Source: Spirochaetia bacterium
Lineage (GTDB): Bacteria; Spirochaetota; Spirochaetia; UBA9216
DNA: 64,000 nucleotides
Direction of reading: 5' to 3'
Assembly: GCA_963675665.1 (NCBI GenBank)
Contig: OY776510.1
Coordinates: forward strand, 427,815-491,814
Both the position numbers and the translations under genes were made by a program. Under the pieces are notes generated by a model, which was not told the DNA's origin, searched no databases, and worked only from the letters and a program-made list of their open reading frames with translations. Numbering within the stretch: position 1 is the stretch's first letter; the number at the start of each line of letters is the position of its first letter. Of this stretch, positions 27,012 through 36,650 are shown piece after piece.

Positions 27012-27686
27012 CTATTCGACCGGCAAATTGTTTCTCATCCAGTCGCCTATTCCGTATCTCAGGTTATAAACCCTGCTGAAACCGGAATCTATCAGCATTT
27101 TTGAAGCTACCGTGCTGCGATTGCCTGAAGCGCAGTAAACCAGAATATCCTGCTCTTTATACTCTTCAAGCTTTGCCATATTCTCTGCAAAAACCTGGAC
27201 CGGAAGAAGACCGGCACCCGGGATATGTCCCGCTTTGTACTCATCAGGTGTGCGAACATCAAGAATAAGCGGGTTTACATTTTCAATCAGCTCGGCAGCC
27301 TCCGCAGCTTTAAGCTCGTGATAATTCGGATTTTCAAGCTCAAGCACATGCAAAATTCCCGACTTATTACCCAGAGTGAACTTGTAGTCTCCACTTTCTT
27401 TCATCTTTACATAAGGTTTATCAGTCTCAGGTTTCGGCATGGTTTCATCAATTTCAAGATCCTGAACCCTGAACTGATAACTGCCGCCGTCTTCAAAATT
27501 GAAAACCACATAGTCTCCGCGATAGATTGTATATTCCAGAGCATCCGGACCGGAATCAACCTCAAGAACCCGTAGTCCCCCCTCAATTGTTCCGGAGATA
27601 TCTGTCGTCCCGCCCTCGGAACCGCCGCTTGCCGCAATCGGAAAAACAACCAATAGTCCTAGTAATATCATACCCAACAGTTTCAT
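27012..27686 (-). CDS. Rhodanese-domain lipoprotein/secreted sulfurtransferase
   Basis: Signal peptide. C-terminal rhodanese domain with active-site loop YCASGNRS. Confidence 0.7.
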   Translation of the reverse strand: MKLLGMILLGLLVVFPIAASGGSEGGTTDISGTIEGGLRVLEVDSGPDALEYTIYRGDYVVFNFEDGGSYQFRVQDLEIDETMPKPETDKPYVKMKESGDYKFTLGNKSGILHVLELENPNYHELKAAEAAELIENVNPLILDVRTPDEYKAGHIPGAGLLPVQVFAENMAKLEEYKEQDILVYCASGNRSTVASKMLIDSGFSRVYNLRYGIGDWMRNNLPVE

Positions 27687-27823
27687 AACTTACCTCGTTT
27701 ATAGTTCTCTTATATAGTATATTAACTATATTTCACATCGTCCACTCTTTTTGTTTTTGTGACCATTCCAACAATCAAAATTGTATCTTTACAACAATAC
27801 ACAGCTCGGGTAAGATTCCTGAA

Positions 27824-28522
27824 ATGAGCAGAAAAAAAGCGTTTACAGCAGCACTAAAAGCTTCCTCGCCTGTTTTTTTCGGATACATATCAATCGGCTT
27901 TGCATACGGATTTCTGCTGGTCAAGTCCGGTTTTGAATGGTACTGGGCTCCGATTATGAGCCTCACTATTTTTGCCGGGGCTGCCCAGTTTATGGCAATA
28001 AACCTCATCAACCAGAATAAAAGCTTTATCGAAATGGGACTTGCCGTTTTTCTGCTCAATGCAAGGCACATGGTATACGGTTTTTCCGTACTTGAACGTT
28101 TCGCCCCGTTTAAAAAATTCAAAAAATATCTTATTTTCGGACTTACCGATGAAACATATGCCCTTTTAACAACAATAGACCCTCCTGAAGACTCTGATCC
28201 TGAATTCTTCGATTTCTGCGTAACAGCCCTTGATCAGTCGTACTGGACAATCGGGGGAATTCTCGGCGCGCTGCTCGGAACAGTTATAAGCTGGAACGCT
28301 CCGGGGCTTGATTTTGCCCTGACCGCTTTGTTTGTGGTTCTTCTTATTGAACAGATAAAAACCCTCAAAAGACCCGGACCGTTCATTCTGGGGTTTATTG
28401 CTCCCGTGCTTTTCTATGTTGCAGGGTTTACCGAGCAGGCTCTTTTCCTCGGAATAGTCATCAGCTCAATCGGCTGCTTTCTCATGAAAAAACCGAAACC
28501 ATGCGGAGTTGCTGATGATTAG
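27824..28522 (+). CDS. azlC: AzlC family branched-chain amino acid permease subunit
   Basis: AzlC-like polytopic membrane protein followed by an overlapping azlD-like gene. Confidence 0.75.
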   Translation: MSRKKAFTAALKASSPVFFGYISIGFAYGFLLVKSGFEWYWAPIMSLTIFAGAAQFMAINLINQNKSFIEMGLAVFLLNARHMVYGFSVLERFAPFKKFKKYLIFGLTDETYALLTTIDPPEDSDPEFFDFCVTALDQSYWTIGGILGALLGTVISWNAPGLDFALTALFVVLLIEQIKTLKRPGPFILGFIAPVLFYVAGFTEQALFLGIVISSIGCFLMKKPKPCGVADD

Positions 28523-28832
28523 AATACTTATCGCAGTTGCAGTTATGACACTGGCAACACAGCTTACCAGGTTTTTTCCGTTTCTGCTGTTTTCCAGACG
28601 TGAACCTCCCAAATGGCTTATTACAGGAGCCAAACTGATTCCCGGCGCGGTTATGACGGTGCTTGTGGTCTCATGCATGCCGCATAACTTCAACTTTACA
28701 TCGCCTGAAACATGGATCCCGTGGGCCGGAGTAGCTGTTGTAAGCATTCTGCACCTGCTGTTCAGACATCCGCTGGTAAGCATTTTCGGAGGCACCGGCG
28801 TTTATATGACCCTGCTTCACTTTTTCGGGTAA
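28509..28832 (+). CDS. azlD: AzlD family branched-chain amino acid transport protein
   Basis: 107-aa hydrophobic protein overlapping azlC by 14 nt. Canonical azlCD arrangement. Confidence 0.65.
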   Translation: MLMIRILIAVAVMTLATQLTRFFPFLLFSRREPPKWLITGAKLIPGAVMTVLVVSCMPHNFNFTSPETWIPWAGVAVVSILHLLFRHPLVSIFGGTGVYMTLLHFFG

Positions 28833-28873
28833 ACTTCATCTTAAAGTACTCTTGACAAAAAGCAAGTCTTTTA

Positions 28874-28899
28874 TTACCGTTGGTAATTACCATTGGTAA
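28874..28899. promoter_or_regulatory. Tandem pair of 13-bp palindromic half-operators TTACCGTTGGTAA / TTACCATTGGTAA (candidate TetR operator)
   Basis: Two adjacent copies of TTACC-N3-GGTAA between a TTGACA (28852) and the 28923 start codon. The downstream operon ends with a TetR gene. Confidence 0.4.
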
Positions 28900-28922
28900 T
28901 CTATAATTAAGAGGAAAAGTAA

Positions 28923-29681
28923 ATGAAGAAACTCAATATTGTATCTGGCATTCTTGCCGTAGCGGCTTCAGTTGCCGGGATTTTTTTTAATATCTACAAG
29001 GATATTCCATGGGCTGTATATCAGATGAAGGGACAGGATGTCGTTACCATAATAGCTTCTGCAGTACTGATTCTCAGCGTTTTACATTATGACAGGAAAT
29101 CACTGACGATAACCGCCGGCATCAATGCCTATCTGATCTATACCTATTTTTTATATGCGATTGCATCAAGGCTCAATCCTTTCTTTCATATTTATCTTGC
29201 TGTAGTTTTAACTTCGCTGGTGTCCCTGGTTACCGCAATAGACCGGCTAAGAGGTATATCCGGGGCTTCCGCAGGGAAAAGAGCAAAGGCTTTTTCAGTT
29301 ATCTATCTGAGCGTTATTGCTTCGGTGCTGACATTTCTTTGGAATGCAGACATATTTGCCACTCTTTCCGGCAGTCCGATTTTGAATACACCTGCCGGAG
29401 ACCCTCTGACAATAGTCTATGTTTTCGATCTGACATTTGTTATCCCGGCAATAATATATACCCTATACCTGTTAAAAACAGGTAAGAGCTTCGGCATCCC
29501 GCTGTGCTGTGTTGTTCTGGTTAAGTGCGTAACCATGGGCGCGGCTCTTCTCGGAATGACTATCGGGGTCTGTATCGGCGGATTTGAACTTGAAACTTTT
29601 CTTGCGGCATTCTGGTTTATCCTTGCCTTGACAGGCGCCGCCGCTCTGACAGTATTTTTGAAGGGGAGCAGAATTGGTTAA
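28923..29681 (+). CDS. Polytopic membrane protein of unknown function
   Basis: Six to seven hydrophobic helices. No recognisable catalytic motif. Overlaps the following TetR gene by 8 nt. Confidence 0.5.
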   Translation: MKKLNIVSGILAVAASVAGIFFNIYKDIPWAVYQMKGQDVVTIIASAVLILSVLHYDRKSLTITAGINAYLIYTYFLYAIASRLNPFFHIYLAVVLTSLVSLVTAIDRLRGISGASAGKRAKAFSVIYLSVIASVLTFLWNADIFATLSGSPILNTPAGDPLTIVYVFDLTFVIPAIIYTLYLLKTGKSFGIPLCCVVLVKCVTMGAALLGMTIGVCIGGFELETFLAAFWFILALTGAAALTVFLKGSRIG

Positions 29682-30198
29682 AAAAAGCAAAAAGAAAGAA
29701 ATTCTGGATGCCGCATTCCATCTTCTGAAAGAATCAGGAGATATATCTTCACTGAACCTGAGGAAAACGGCCAGACTGGCCGGTTGCGCTCATACGAATG
29801 TTTATAACTACTTCCCGAACCTTGAAGCATTAAAGTGGGCCATGCTCGAACAGGCCCTCCATATGCTTGAAAAATTCATATTCGATGTTTCAGAGAAACA
29901 AAACGATATTATAAAAGTGATATCACGCTACATTGATTTTGCGTTTCTGCATCCGGAGCTTTATAAGCTGATATGGATTACAAACCTGAGTTCTGAATTC
30001 GAACCTTCAGATACCGGTTCTTTGACGAGAATTCCGGATAGACTGCTTATGTACGCGGATCCCGTCAGGCTGGATACGGCTTATTCATTTGTGCACGGCA
30101 AACTGGTGAATATAATCTTCTCACGGACAAAAATGGAAAACCCCGAAACAACCAAAGCAAACATCCTCAAAATCTGTAAAGGGATTCTTGAGGAATAA
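29674..30198 (+). CDS. TetR/AcrR family transcriptional regulator
   Basis: HTH LRKTARLAGCAHTNVYNYFPN. Confidence 0.7.
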   Translation: MVKKSKKKEILDAAFHLLKESGDISSLNLRKTARLAGCAHTNVYNYFPNLEALKWAMLEQALHMLEKFIFDVSEKQNDIIKVISRYIDFAFLHPELYKLIWITNLSSEFEPSDTGSLTRIPDRLLMYADPVRLDTAYSFVHGKLVNIIFSRTKMENPETTKANILKICKGILEE

Positions 30199-30202
30199 CC
30201 AT

Positions 30203-30363
30203 TTTACGCTCCACGAGCACCTAAAATGTTGCTACGCTACGCTCCACATGCATTTGAAAGTGCTGCTCCACTACGCTCCGCAGACATTTGACATTGTTGT
30301 TTCAGTTCCTTCCACAGACATTGGAAAATGTTGCTACGCTACGCTCCACAGCATTTTTTGAAC
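30203..30363. repeat. Five degenerate tandem copies of a 30-36 nt unit (…CGCTCCACAGACATTTGAAAATGTTGCTA…), the last copy forming the 3' end of the ychJ-like gene
   Basis: Units begin at about 30205, 30241, 30275, 30313 and 30343. On the minus strand each ends with a TGTGGAGCGTAG-like segment, which is the KKCCGA-stop end of the gene. Confidence 0.6.
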
Positions 30364-30815
30364 TTTTTGCCGCTGCCGCAGGGACAAGGTTCGTTGCGGC
30401 CGATCTTCGGCGTTTCCCGCACTACGGTAGCCGACGGCGTATAACCGTCGCTGAAATACCAGAAACCGTTCTTTTTTACGAAACTGCTTATTTCATGATG
30501 ATCGTATTCTGTTCCATCCTGGCTGAATTTTGCAGTAAATTCTACCTCGCCTTCATCACCCGAACTTTCTGCGCGTTTTATCTCAAGCCCCAGCCAGTCC
30601 GATTCCGCCGCCCATTTTTCAGTAGCTTTGCGATCGAGCCTGTTGAGTCTTGCAGGATCATGCGTATCAACGATGAAATCTATTTCCTGCATAACATATG
30701 CGGTATACCGCGCGCGCATCAGCGCTTCGGGTCCGGAGGCGTTCTTTTTACCGCTGATATACGGTTCGCAGCAAGCTGTATATGATTTTCCGCTTCCGCA
30801 GGGACAATTACTCAT
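30339..30815 (-). CDS. YchJ-like SEC-C motif protein (UPF0225)
   Basis: N-terminal [13 protein letters not shown] and C-terminal [17 protein letters not shown] zinc-binding motifs. Confidence 0.75.
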   Translation of the reverse strand: MSNCPCGSGKSYTACCEPYISGKKNASGPEALMRARYTAYVMQEIDFIVDTHDPARLNRLDRKATEKWAAESDWLGLEIKRAESSGDEGEVEFTAKFSQDGTEYDHHEISSFVKKNGFWYFSDGYTPSATVVRETPKIGRNEPCPCGSGKKFKKCCGA

Positions 30816-30929
30816 TTTTCACTCCTGAAAATAATCTTAAATTATCGGTTTTATCCCTAAAATTCAAGCTTTCCCCTTAAAAACAGGAAGATTACACAAA
30901 TTCATAAACATTTTCTTGACTTATAACAC

Positions 30930-30970
30930 CTATAGTACTATAGTTATATTGTACTAATGGTTTAGTACAA
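30930..30970. promoter_or_regulatory. Two palindromes in the ytrA-like promoter: CTATAGTACTATAG (30930-30943) and TTGTACTAATGGTTTAGTACAA (30949-30970). Candidate GntR operator.
   Basis: Perfect 14-bp and 9-4-9 palindromes sharing a GTAC core, overlapping a TTGACT(30915)/-10 region about 30 bp upstream of the GTG start. Confidence 0.4.
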
Positions 30971-31001
30971 GTATACAACTCCATCATATGGGGGATGCAA
31001 T

Positions 31002-31457
31002 GTGACAGAAAATTCGTTAAAAACCCTGGTTTTCAGTCTTGATCCGAAGAGCGGTGTGCCTTTCTATAAACAGGTAATCCTGCAGATAGAAATGGCAATC
31101 GCCGACGGACGGTTGATAAACGGCGATCAGCTGCCTACGGTTCGAAGCCTGGCAGTTGATCTGAGTATAAATCCCAATACCGTTGCCCGAGCCTACAATG
31201 AACTCGAAATACGTGGAATCGTTAACACTCAGCAGGGAACGGGAACATTCATCAGCGGGAAAACCGTAGAGATCGATGATATCAAGCGCGAGAAGGTCCT
31301 CGCCGGCATAAGCCGTTCCTTTATCTCAAAAGCCGGATCTTACGGTTTCACTCTGAAAGAGATTATAGAATATCTTCAATCGCTGAACACTGCAGGAGGG
31401 GCTTCCGCCTCATCAGTGAATCATAAAGCGGGTGAAGATAAAGGAGGAAAAGAATGA
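31002..31457 (+). CDS. GntR family transcriptional regulator, YtrA subfamily (short C-terminal domain)
   Basis: wHTH PTVRSLAVDLSINPNTVARAYNELE and short (151 aa) YtrA-like architecture. GTG start. Overlaps the next gene by 4 nt. Confidence 0.75.
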   Translation: MTENSLKTLVFSLDPKSGVPFYKQVILQIEMAIADGRLINGDQLPTVRSLAVDLSINPNTVARAYNELEIRGIVNTQQGTGTFISGKTVEIDDIKREKVLAGISRSFISKAGSYGFTLKEIIEYLQSLNTAGGASASSVNHKAGEDKGGKE

Positions 31458-32548
31458 ATCTTTTTCAAACAAAACCAACAAGAATAAAAAACTTTCAAAC
31501 ACCGGTATTCCATAAAGATTTCAGCTACAGCGCAGTTTCACTTCTTGTGCTCGGTATTTTTGTAGCAGTCGGTGTATTTATCCAGATACAGATGTATCCT
31601 GACAGTACAACAGAACAGGTAGTGCAGCTTACTGCAGGCCTGTTTTTCGGCGGTGTACTTCTGGCGATGCTTCCGTTATGGCTGTTCAGCATTGTGATAA
31701 TAAGCGCCATATGGATTAACCTTCTTGCTTTTTTCAACCTGGACTTCTGGCCTCTGGCAACAGCCGGATCAATAGGGGTACTCATCTCGGCATCTGTAGA
31801 GCTGGTCTACCAATGGGATAAGGTAGTTATTCTGCGTATGGGAAAATTCAAAAAAGTACACGGCCCCGGAATATTCGTTCTTCTTCCCCTTCTTGATCGT
31901 ACCGCGGCATATATCGACACACGAATAAGGGCAACTGATTTCAGCGCCGAAAAAACACTTACTATCGATACGGTACCGGTACATGTAGACGCACTCTGCT
32001 TCTGGATGATCTGGGACGCTAAAAAAGCGGTGCTGGAAGTAGAAAACTACCTGGAAGCGGTAACACTGTCTGCACAGACTGCGCTTCGCGATTCCATAGG
32101 CAAACATGATCTGGCATCACTATTGTCAGAACGCGAAGAACTCGGACGGGAAATTCAGCAGGCCCTCGATTCAAAAACAAACCCGTGGGGAGTCTCAATC
32201 CTTTCGGTTGAAATTACCGATATAATCATCCCGAAAGAGCTGGAAGATTCGATGAGCAAACAGGCACAGGCCGAACGCGAACGGAGATCGCGAGTCATCC
32301 TCAGTACCGCGGAAGTGGAAATTGCGGAGAAATTCGAAATGGCTGCTGAAAAATACAGCAAAAACCCTACAGCTTTCCAGCTGAGAGCAATGAACATGGT
32401 ATACGAAGGCCTGAGACAAAATAATTCCATGATGCTTATGCCGTCTTCTGCCCTGGACAATATGAACCTCGGCGCTGTGATGGGAACGGCAGCCATGAAT
32501 GAAATAAACAAGCAGAAAAAAGATTCCAAGGAGAAACATGATGATTAA
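31454..32548 (+). CDS. SPFH/band-7 (stomatin/HflK-like) membrane protein with N-terminal polytopic anchor
   Basis: Three to four N-terminal TM helices followed by an SPFH domain (VVILRMGKFKKVHGPGIFVLLPLLD…). Confidence 0.75.
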   Translation: MNLFQTKPTRIKNFQTPVFHKDFSYSAVSLLVLGIFVAVGVFIQIQMYPDSTTEQVVQLTAGLFFGGVLLAMLPLWLFSIVIISAIWINLLAFFNLDFWPLATAGSIGVLISASVELVYQWDKVVILRMGKFKKVHGPGIFVLLPLLDRTAAYIDTRIRATDFSAEKTLTIDTVPVHVDALCFWMIWDAKKAVLEVENYLEAVTLSAQTALRDSIGKHDLASLLSEREELGREIQQALDSKTNPWGVSILSVEITDIIIPKELEDSMSKQAQAERERRSRVILSTAEVEIAEKFEMAAEKYSKNPTAFQLRAMNMVYEGLRQNNSMMLMPSSALDNMNLGAVMGTAAMNEINKQKKDSKEKHDD

Positions 32549-33218
32549 GATTGACAATGTAATAAAAAACTACCGGAACGGTGAAACCGAAGTTAAAGCT
32601 CTGAGAGGTGTTTCCCTTGAAATCGACAAGGGCGAATTCACCTCAATTGCAGGCCCTTCCGGCTCGGGAAAAACAACCCTTCTTAATCTTATAGGCTGCA
32701 TCGATGTTCTTGATCGCGGAGAAATCACAATTAAGAACGAGCCTGTTTCAAGCATGAACAAAAAGGAAAAAACAAATTTCAGACGCCTGAATCTCGGGTT
32801 CGTCTTCCAGACTTACAACCTTATTCCGGTGCTTTCGGCTTATGAAAATGTATCCTTTGTTTTGTCTTTACTCGATATCAGCGAAAATGAGGTACAGGAG
32901 CGCACAATGAACATTCTGAAGGAAGTCGGTCTTGAAGGCATGGAAAACCGAAAGCCGGCAAAACTTTCCGGAGGCCAGCAGCAGCGTGTGGCAATAGCAC
33001 GTGCGCTTATAAAGAACCCGGAGATTGTGCTGGCCGATGAACCGACGGCAAATCTTGATTCCGGTACTGGAGAAGAAATTCTGAAGTTGATGAAGGAGAT
33101 GAATGAGAAACACGGAACGACCTTCATCTTTTCAACTCACGATCCGATGGTTATGGATTATGCCCGGCGTGTTGTTATGCTTCATGACGGTCAGATACAC
33201 AGCGACAAGAGGAAATAA
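32538..33218 (+). CDS. ABC transporter ATP-binding protein (MacB/LolD/FtsE-like)
   Basis: Walker [10 protein letters not shown], signature LSGGQQQRV, Walker B LADEPT, H-loop. Confidence 0.85.
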   Translation: MMIKIDNVIKNYRNGETEVKALRGVSLEIDKGEFTSIAGPSGSGKTTLLNLIGCIDVLDRGEITIKNEPVSSMNKKEKTNFRRLNLGFVFQTYNLIPVLSAYENVSFVLSLLDISENEVQERTMNILKEVGLEGMENRKPAKLSGGQQQRVAIARALIKNPEIVLADEPTANLDSGTGEEILKLMKEMNEKHGTTFIFSTHDPMVMDYARRVVMLHDGQIHSDKRK

Positions 33219-33220
33219 TT

Positions 33221-34480
33221 ATGAAATTTATAATATCTCTGGCTTTTAAGAATTTGACCAGATATAAAAGACGTACATTAATTACCGCCGGCGCAATCGC
33301 TGTCGGAATAATGATGTTCATAATGATCGACTCTATGCTCAAGGGCGCCGAATATGAATCCGTAAGAAATCTGAAGTGGTATGAAACTTCATCCGTCAGG
33401 CTCTATAACGAGGAGTATTGGGAAAACCGGCATCAGTTGCCGCTTGATATTAATATTGCCGATGCGGATACGGTTGTTGCCGAACTCGAAAGCGCAGGAT
33501 ATACGTCAGCAGCAAGAACGGTTTTCTCGGGAGACCTGATCCTTAATGCTGATGATTTTGGCGAAGACGGAAACATGCCCGTTCAGGTTACTGCAATAGA
33601 CCCTGAAAAAGACTTTAAAGTCTTTCATTTTACCGACACGCTCATAGACGGCCGGTTCCTGAATACCGGAGAAGAGGCCGTTCTGCTTGGCTCCTGGATG
33701 GCTGAGGACATAGGCGCCGAAGTAGGATACTGGATAACGATAGTAACTCGCGGCAACGGCGGTTTTTATGAATCGATGGATCTCGAGGTTGTGGGCATAG
33801 TCAACTGTCCAAACCCGAACGTTAACCGCGGACTGGTAATGATGCCCTTAGATACCGCCGGAGATTATCTGGCAATGGAAGGAGCGGCAACCGAGATAAA
33901 CATCAGGCTGTCGGATAAAGCGGACGTTGAAGCTGAAACGGCAATAATACAGAAAATTGTAGATAAAGCCGGCTTTTCTGAGAAACTTACCGCTCTGGAC
34001 TGGAAGTACATGGCGGCTGATTACCTGGCAATCGCACAGGCGAAACGCGGCGGTACCGGCATGGTTCTTTTTCTTATCTTTATAATCGCCGCGGTAGGCA
34101 TTTCCAATACCATGCTGATGGCCATCTTTGAACGGATTCGTGAATTGGGAATGATGCGCTCACTTGGAATGCCCGACAAAAAAATCCGGGCCGCCTTTTT
34201 GGTAGAAGCCTCCGGCATAGGAATGATTGGATCTATAATCGGTGTTATCCTCGGAATTCTGGTTAATATCTATGTCGTCAATATAGGTTTTGATTTCGGT
34301 TTCATCATGCGGGATATGGACATAGGATACCGGATTCAATCCGTAATGCGCGGAGTCTGGAATTTCGATACGATGATAGGGGCATTTTTTGCCGGAACTG
34401 TCATATCAACACTTGTAGCGTTTTTTCCGACCGGTAAAGCACTGAAAATGGACATTCCGTCCTGCCTCAGGCACCAGTAA
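33221..34480 (+). CDS. ABC transporter permease, FtsX/MacB-type
   Basis: N-terminal TM, large periplasmic domain and C-terminal 3-TM FtsX core (RIRELGMMRSLG). Confidence 0.75.
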   Translation: MKFIISLAFKNLTRYKRRTLITAGAIAVGIMMFIMIDSMLKGAEYESVRNLKWYETSSVRLYNEEYWENRHQLPLDINIADADTVVAELESAGYTSAARTVFSGDLILNADDFGEDGNMPVQVTAIDPEKDFKVFHFTDTLIDGRFLNTGEEAVLLGSWMAEDIGAEVGYWITIVTRGNGGFYESMDLEVVGIVNCPNPNVNRGLVMMPLDTAGDYLAMEGAATEINIRLSDKADVEAETAIIQKIVDKAGFSEKLTALDWKYMAADYLAIAQAKRGGTGMVLFLIFIIAAVGISNTMLMAIFERIRELGMMRSLGMPDKKIRAAFLVEASGIGMIGSIIGVILGILVNIYVVNIGFDFGFIMRDMDIGYRIQSVMRGVWNFDTMIGAFFAGTVISTLVAFFPTGKALKMDIPSCLRHQ

Positions 34481-34534
34481 CGGAATACTGAAATTACTAC
34501 CCTGTAATTTTTGGTATTCACAGGAGGATATAAA

Positions 34535-35767
34535 ATGACTTTGAAAATAGCTAAAACAGCCTATAAAAACATTTCCAGAAACAAGCGCCGTTCTATTCTT
34601 TCCGGGGCTGCAATCAGTATTGCAGCAATGAGCATAGTAATGTTTTTCGCATTGATTGGCGGGATGTCGCAGGATATGGAAAACAACCTCGGTGCCTATT
34701 ATTCAGGAGATGTTAATATAAGGAACACTGACTATGAAAAATATGAGCGGTTTAATCCTGTTCATCTGACTGTAAATATCGACGAGACCGAAGCTGTGCT
34801 GAAACAGACAGAAGGGATTGACGAATGGGTATACCGAACAAATTTTCCCGCAAATATGTATATAAACGGCACCAATCACGGCGCCCTCGGCGTAGGAGTT
34901 GATTTCGCAAGGGAAGCCGGTTATATCGATCTTGGTTCTATCCTGAAAAAAGGAAAAATTCCTGAAACGGGAAAAAACGAGATGCTCATTGGAGCAGTTC
35001 TGGCAAACAACCTTCATCTTGATGTGGGCGACAAGGTAACTATTATTTCAATGACCGCCAGCCGCGGCTCAAACGCAATTACGCTTAAAATTGCGGGAAT
35101 CGCAGCTTTTCCGGTCGCCGCCCTTAATGCCGGATACTTCTGGATGCCGATTGACCGTGTGCAGCACTTTCTGCAGATACCCGGAGCCACACAGCAGATC
35201 CTCATAAAAACCGCCGACGGATATAAACGCAAAAACATAGCGAACGAGATTGACGAAGCGCTTATTGCCGCCGGAATACCGGCTGATGTTAACGAGATGG
35301 AGGATATGAGTATGATGTTTATATTCCTCCGACTTGCCGATATGGTTTACAACGTAATTGCCGTTTTCTTCTTTGTTCTGGGAAGCACAGTAATCATAAA
35401 TACCACAATGATGGTCATATTTGAAAGGATGCGGGAAATAGGCACACTGTCGGCGCTCGGCATGCACGGAAAGGAGCTGACGCGCCTCTTTCTTCTGGAA
35501 GGGACTTTTATAAGCGCGGCGGGCGCGGCAATAGGTGTTGTGGTCGGGGTAATTATCACCCTTTACCTGTCAAAAACCGGCATTGATTTTACCGACGCCA
35601 TGCAGGGAATTGAAATGGAAATATCTTCAGTACTGTATCCGGTTCTGAGTGTACCGAGGACCATTTTCGTATTTTTCTATTCGGTTATCATCTCAAGTCT
35701 TGCAACCCTGATACCCTCGAAAAAAGCGTCACGTATTGAACCGGTTGAAGCGCTCAGATACATATAA
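34535..35767 (+). CDS. ABC transporter permease, FtsX/MacB-type (second)
   Basis: Same architecture (RMREIGTLSALG). Start moved to MTLKIAKTAYKN with an AGGAGG RBS. Confidence 0.75.
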   Translation: MTLKIAKTAYKNISRNKRRSILSGAAISIAAMSIVMFFALIGGMSQDMENNLGAYYSGDVNIRNTDYEKYERFNPVHLTVNIDETEAVLKQTEGIDEWVYRTNFPANMYINGTNHGALGVGVDFAREAGYIDLGSILKKGKIPETGKNEMLIGAVLANNLHLDVGDKVTIISMTASRGSNAITLKIAGIAAFPVAALNAGYFWMPIDRVQHFLQIPGATQQILIKTADGYKRKNIANEIDEALIAAGIPADVNEMEDMSMMFIFLRLADMVYNVIAVFFFVLGSTVIINTTMMVIFERMREIGTLSALGMHGKELTRLFLLEGTFISAAGAAIGVVVGVIITLYLSKTGIDFTDAMQGIEMEISSVLYPVLSVPRTIFVFFYSVIISSLATLIPSKKASRIEPVEALRYI

Positions 35768-35915
35768 TACTGAAATGACATCCATGACATTTCAGTATAT
35801 TGAAGTATGAAATTAATAAGCTGAGAGACAGGCTTGTCATACTTCATCAATAAAATCTGCCATACCTGCGGCGCTGCTTCGCAGTCTATGGCAGGATCTT
35901 TTACAGGAGGAACAT

Positions 35916-36650
35916 ATGAAAATCAAACTTTTGGTATTTACAATAATTGTCCTGCTTCCCGCAACAGTTTTCGGAATCAGCGGCGATGAAATAGTAAGAC
36001 TGGCCGATGAAGCCCAGACATTTGAAACCGCCGAATCCTCAGGCGAAATGAGAATCACCGACCGTTTCGGAACAAAGATCACGACATTCAATTCGTGGGC
36101 AAGGGGAGAATCGGAATCGCTGATCGAATTTACCAGCCGTGCGGAACGCGGTCAGAAAGTTCTGCGCACCGAGGATGAGATTTATCTTTACTATCCCGAC
36201 GCCGAAGAACTTATCAGAATGCAGGGGGCCGCTCTCAGACAGGGCATGCTGGGCTCGGACATCTCCTACGAAGATATGACCGGGGGCAAAGATCGGGCAT
36301 CCAAATATGATATAGAAATCACAGGCGAAGAACGCGTACTTGGAAAAGATTGCTGGGTTCTTACGTTAACTGCCAATACCAGAACCGTCCCGTATCCGAA
36401 GGAAATAGTCTGGATAGACAAAGATAACTATATGGTCTTAAAGGGTGAATACTACACAAAATCCGGAAGACTTCTGAAAGAGATGGAAGTACTTGAAACA
36501 GACGTTCTCGGAGGAATCGAAGTTGCAGTTGAAACAAGGATCTCGGACAAGATGAAATCTGATTCTGAAACAATCATGATTTTAAATGAGCTTAAAACCG
36601 ACATAAAGCTTGATGATGAAATGTTTTCACTGGAGGAACTTTCATGGTAA
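35916..36650 (+). CDS. LolA-like outer-membrane lipoprotein-sorting fold protein (periplasmic)
   Basis: Signal peptide. Size and composition fit the LolA/DUF4367-like half-barrel family found beside MacB-type transporters. Confidence 0.5.
   Translation: MKIKLLVFTIIVLLPATVFGISGDEIVRLADEAQTFETAESSGEMRITDRFGTKITTFNSWARGESESLIEFTSRAERGQKVLRTEDEIYLYYPDAEELIRMQGAALRQGMLGSDISYEDMTGGKDRASKYDIEITGEERVLGKDCWVLTLTANTRTVPYPKEIVWIDKDNYMVLKGEYYTKSGRLLKEMEVLETDVLGGIEVAVETRISDKMKSDSETIMILNELKTDIKLDDEMFSLEELSW

Noticed and set aside
30203-30363. Considered whether the roughly 30-nt repeats are a CRISPR array.
   Set aside because: Units are directly abutting and degenerate with no unique spacers. There are no cas genes in the window. 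The array is derived from the 3' end of the adjacent gene.
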